From assembly GCA_043381765.1 (NCBI GenBank), contig JBHJMP010001093.1:1-42149 (forward strand): a DNA stretch of 42,149 nucleotides. Direction: 5' to 3'. Below the pieces are notes generated by a model. That model was not told the origin of the DNA. It saw only the letters and a program-made list of their open reading frames with translations, and made no database searches. The DNA is from Collodictyon triciliatum (Eukaryota). Made by a program: the position numbers and the translations under genes. Positions 28,401 through 42,149 of this stretch are shown here, in pieces; the first letter of the stretch is position 1, and each line of letters starts with the position of its first letter.

Positions 28401-31400
28401 GATAGAGTTATCTCCGCATCGATTATCGACATTAAGGGTAATCTTGGTGTTGGAATCAATAGAAAATTGACTAACCTGTGAGTGAAGATTTAAAAATTAC
28501 TATAAGCATTGCAGATGTTATGCTACGAATGTTTTAAATAAAGCTCATCTCTTCAGCTTACCACTAAATTATTGACACCGCTCACTGTCCACGTGCAGTT
28601 GGTGTTGGGCATGTAGCTGAATGACCCACTTCCGTCGTCGATATTAAGTGACTGACCAGAAAATGAGAGCTCATTGGTCCCATAGCAAAACATAGTTCCT
28701 TCGTAAATGGAAATACCACTCATTAGGTTTCCACGGATTTATATATGGTTGTTATATATTCAAAACTATCTTATGTTACCTGAATTATATCCATACACAC
28801 GGTTGTCCCATGTATTTCCTATGTCTGCAAACAAGGCAACGACATGGCTGCCAAGAGCAAGGCTGGCGTGTTTGCTAAATCGAGCGGGACGCAATGATGG
28901 ACTTGTGTGTTGCCCCCAAGTTCTGCGGGCTTTATAATGCACAAGCGTATTAAAAATTTAACACATCAGCTCACGGTATCATATAAGAGACACGGGGCGG
29001 TCAAAATGGATAATTGAAATATAAAAGAAAATTTACAAAAGTCGTAAATCCATGTTCCGAATGTGTTGTCTCCAAACGAGTCAACACCACCGGTTACAAT
29101 ACCACTTCCGACGAATGCGAAGGAAGTAAAGCTTAGTTGAGGATATGCCTTTACCGAGTAGGGGAAAGAAAACCAAGAATTGGAATCTTGAATTTATGCA
29201 ACATTTCGTCAGTAGGATTCAAGACATAATTTACGATGGGGCTTGGGATAGGAATTTTATGTTGATAGAATCTCTTACTCGGCCTGAAGCAATAAATGTC
29301 GACATAGAAGCTAACCGACACAAGGTCATGGTCATCTGAGGCTCCTCCCTGGATGCAGAATGTGCTCCCTCCGAAAATAAAACCCGACGACGTGTATCTT
29401 GCCGGAGGTGCAGAAGAGCCTCCTGTGTATACCACAGACTTAAGGTTTGACAAACTGAGCACGGTGACGGGACTTCTCAGGAGTAGCGACGTTGCATTAA
29501 GGTTGATTCCGCCCCAAATGTACAGCGCATCTCCAACCAATCCTGAAGCCTGGCCGAATGCTTGAAAAACTCCGTTATCAGTTCCGATTGCCGAAAAAGT
29601 ACTCCACGCATTATTACCTTTTCATGAAAAATATATGGTATGTTGAGTAAATTGAAAAAAAAAAGCCAAGAAAAAAAAGCATATATGAAGTCAAAAAAGG
29701 CGTGTCCCTTATTTGCATTTAGAACCTCGTTACATAAAAAAATCAATTAATTTACCCAAGTCGAAAACATATCCATGTGTGGGATATAACTCAATATCTG
29801 AGTACCCGCCGATAACAAAAATACTCCCTTGGTAGTAAGCAATCACCTGTATTTTTTAATATATGTATTCGTTTTAATCAAGCTATACAAATGCGCAACA
29901 AAATTGATTTATTGTGCAATGCTTACTGAACGTCGAAGACCAGGAGGATAGTTTGTGCTGTTGTCAGACGAATACACTTGTAAGTTTGAGAGTAGAGTCC
30001 ATTTCCGTGAACCTAATCGATGGTTGTTAGTCAGTTTACCCATTTCTTCCTCTGATTTGTACTCTTTAAATTGTATACTGGTAGTTTATTATTATTATTA
30101 TTGTCGGCATTATGAAAGTAGTTTACAAACTCACCTTTTGTAAAAATCCACAAATCATTCAAATATGTAGCTGACCCTGTAGAGTCCACATAACCACCAA
30201 AAACAGCCAATCTGTTCGAGTCGATAACACATGAGGAGGATGCAGAGCGAGCAACCGGATAGTAGTTCATAGAATTATCAGTCCAGCCGTTTGATGCTGT
30301 TCATGATAATTAAAATTGTATTTTAAGGTAAAATGAGAGTGAGTAAAATAAAATGCGAGTTTAGTTAGATGCTTGATGATGATTTTGCGGTGGTGATGTC
30401 TCACTCGTATTGAAGACCCATATTGTATCCTCGATATTCTTGTATATTCCTCCAGACATAACAATCAACGGGCCGATGGAGGCTGCAGATGATTTGAACC
30501 TCGGCAATGGAAAAGACATGTTGTAGAGGTAATTGTCTGGTATGGCTCCCAAATCAGACTCAAACGAGACTTGGTTATTTTCTTGAATTAAAAAGAGTCA
30601 CTTTAGCTGGCTAATCAGTACTTAAAAATCGATATTGAAAATTTTCGAAGATTTAACGCAAAGTGAGGTCTAGATATAACAGAAGAAAAATGCTTATAAT
30701 TCTAATGCCTAGGTCTATGGCGAATGTTGTGTGCAAGGGGTCGGATGAGTCGATATTTGGTAGACCGAAGAAGACATAAAGGTGCGAGCCAACTAGAGCA
30801 TGAGAAGCCTGAAAGACTCCAACGTATGGACTGGAGCTCGAGTCGAGAATTACAGAAAATGACCACACAAGGGTATCTTATTTTTTGGAGAAAAAAAAGA
30901 TAATTAGATTTTTCATATCACTGCATTATATAAGAGTTGAATATTACATAGTAGTGTTCTTACTCATATTTAATTTCCATAGGTTGCTCGACACAACATT
31001 TCCTTCTCTGCCGCTGTAAATGTAGAAGCTGTTTCCAAAGACTGCATTGACTCCTCCGTGACTGACCGGACCTTTTGTTGTACTGCGGCGTGTCCACAGA
31101 GAAGAAGCTGGGTCATTTAAGAAGTTTAATGCAATTCTGAAGTAACAATGTGAGTACAGAATAGTACGCCAGCAATTCTCCAAGTGGAAAGAAATAAACG
31201 CAGTTTAGCATACCATTAGATTTCCCACACTCACAGACACAAGAAATACACGATATTATACGAGCAATTAAGCTGGACATACTCGTATTAAATGTCCAAA
31301 GGTCACTGAATGTGGAGATAGGCCCAAGTCCTCCATAGACCGCAAAGTTTCCTTTCAGATTGAAGCAATATGGGAAGCGACGACCCTTAGGCTTCATGGC

Positions 31401-32097
31401 AGATAAAGTATTGTAGGAGGTCCATGTATAGGTTCCCAGGTGGAGTGACGAGATGTCAGACAGGAACGAGTCTGTGAGACCTCCAAACAAGAAGGCCTGT
31501 GGAGAAAATAATCCCTATCAGAAAAATACAATGGACAGGAAAAGACAGAACAGGGTCAACAAAGTCTCTCCATAGCTGGAACTACGCTTTCATAAATAGA
31601 ATATTAAACACAATGGATGAATATATAATCACAAGTTCAAGCGAGAACCTGGCTTCCAACCAAAGCGGTGCAATAGTCATCACGCACAATTGGAGCCAAT
31701 CCTTTCGTTCTCTTGAAGCCCCATTTAAATGTGGCTAATGTATTATAAATTACTCTTCCAGTATGGTGATGATGATGATTTTGATGAAGAATGATTAAGA
31801 ACAGAAATAAGGATATCTATTGAATATTCACCAGAAAAGATACTACGAATGAGGGTTTGACACACATCAAAATTATGATACATACTGATGTTGGAGAGAA
31901 CATAGACATGGTCCATCAGGCGTTGGTCAGAGTCCCAGTCGTTCACATTTCTTCAAAGAATGGAGTAAAAAACAAAAATAAGAAACATATAAACATTCAA
32001 GTGCTTTCTGAAGGACCTTCTTTTACGTTAAGACACGGAATTGTCAACAGAAAATAACATAAGAGCTTGTTCAAAGTGATCAACTGAAGATTCCGCC
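19409..32097 (-). CDS. Giant single-pass receptor: [12 Kelch-CUB-Cys-rich]x2 - TM - TKL kinase - class III adenylyl cyclase - TKL kinase; 5' end lies in the gap
   Basis: Dozens of short exons splice in frame. 24 Kelch GG motifs or GG-equivalent positions; CUB DDGSGSFSYMPNTNCTW; TM LGGIIGGTCGAFLIFGFLGY (23534-23475); kinase 1 GAGSFG/VAIK/HRDLKSPN/DFG/WMAPE; cyclase VFTDVQGST/VKTEGDAFM/RVRMGIH/MDYFGPVVNRAAR; kinase 2 GAGSFG/VAVK/HRDLKSPN/DFGLAR/WLAPE; stop at 19409. Confidence 0.9.
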
Positions 32098-32692
32098 NNN
32101 NNNNNNNNNNNNNNNNNNNNNNNNNNNNNNNNNNNNNNNNNNNNNNNNNNNNNNNNNNNNNNNNNNNNNNNNNNNNNNNNNNNNNNNNNNNNNNNNNNNN
32201 NNNNNNNNNNNNNNNNNNNNNNNNNNNNNNNNNNNNNNNNNNNNNNNNNNNNNNNNNNNNNNNNNNNNNNNNNNNNNNNNNNNNNNNNNNNNNNNNNNNN
32301 NNNNNNNNNNNNNNNNNNNNNNNNNNNNNNNNNNNNNNNNNNNNNNNNNNNNNNNNNNNNNNNNNNNNNNNNNNNNNNNNNNNNNNNNNNNNNNNNNNNN
32401 NNNNNNNNNNNNNNNNNNNNNNNNNNNNNNNNNNNNNNNNNNNNNNNNNNNNNNNNNNNNNNNNNNNNNNNNNNNNNNNNNNNNNNNNNNNNNNNNNNNN
32501 NNNNNNNNNNNNNNNNNNNNNNNNNNNNNNNNNNNNNNNNNNNNNNNNNNNNNNNNNNNNNNNNNNNNNNNNNNNNNNNNNNNNNNNNNNNNNNNNNNNN
32601 NNNNNNNNNNNNNNNNNNNNNNNNNNNNNNNNNNNNNNNNNNNNNNNNNNNNNNNNNNNNNNNNNNNNNNNNNNNNNNNNNNNNNNNNNNNN
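32098..32692. other. Assembly gap (595 N)
   Basis: Run of N. Confidence 1.
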
Positions 32693-32992
32693 AAAACAAA
32701 ACAAAACAAAACAAAACAAAACAAAAAAGTGAAAAAAGAAAAAGAAAAAAGGAAAAGAAAAAGGAAAAGAAAAAGGAAAAGAAAAAGAAAAAAGGAAAAG
32801 AAAAAAGATAAAAGAGAAAAAAAGAGAAAAAAAGAAAAAAAAGAAAAAAAGAAAAAAAGAAAAAAAAGAAAAAAAGAAAAAAAGAAAAAAAAGAAAAAAA
32901 AAAAAAAGAAAAAGAAAAAAGAAAAAAGAAAAAAGAAAAAAGAAAAAAAAGAAAAAAAAGAAAAAAAGAAAAAAAGAAAAGAAAAAAAGAAA
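32693..32992. repeat. A-rich (AAAAC)n/(GAn)n low-complexity tract in a VPS13 intron
   Basis: Direct read; begins just after donor GTATGT at 32997 on the minus strand. Confidence 0.9.
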
Positions 32993-32997
32993 CATAC

Positions 32998-41900
<8,903 letters not shown>

Positions 41901-41963
41901 AATTTTCTGGGTGATCTGGGGTGAAGGTAAGATAAGAAACATGACTTTACTGATTACTTATGT

Positions 41964-42149
41964 AACATAAAATGACAACATAAAATGACAACATAAAATG
42001 ACAACATAAAATGACAACATAAAATGACAACATAAAATGACAACATAAAATGACAACATAAAATGACAACATAAAATGACAACATAAAATGACAACATAA
42101 AATAACAACATAAAATAACAACATAAAATAACAACATAAAATGACAACA
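41964..42149. repeat. 13-bp minisatellite (AACATAAAATGAC)n, ~14 copies, running off the window
   Basis: Direct read; a few copies have G>A (AACATAAAATAAC). Confidence 0.95.

Noticed and set aside
41964-42149. CRISPR array or telomere
   Set aside because: No unique spacers, no G-rich telomeric unit, and it lies within a gene

Overview
Gene-dense, intron-rich eukaryotic (protist-like) DNA using the standard code, with introns mostly about 70-150 nt and many intronic microsatellites. I spliced the genes by hand. In order: the 3' part of a WD40 gene (WDR49/CFAP337-like, tentative); an intronless divergent eIF4A-like helicase; a GC-rich pyruvate kinase; tRNA-Gly(TCC); RBBP4/MSI1; SUMF1/FGE; a double GATA-like zinc-finger gene; a coiled-coil gene; a >12.6 kb receptor gene; a 595-N gap; and a partial VPS13 with an internal PH domain. 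The standout is the receptor. Its ectodomain is a tandem duplication of [12 Kelch repeats - CUB - Cys-rich], followed by one TM helix and a cytoplasmic TKL kinase - class III adenylyl cyclase - TKL kinase module with catalytic motifs intact. Splice signals are unusually relaxed (degenerate donors, frequent AAG acceptors, one candidate GC donor). All family assignments come from motif recognition, not database searches.
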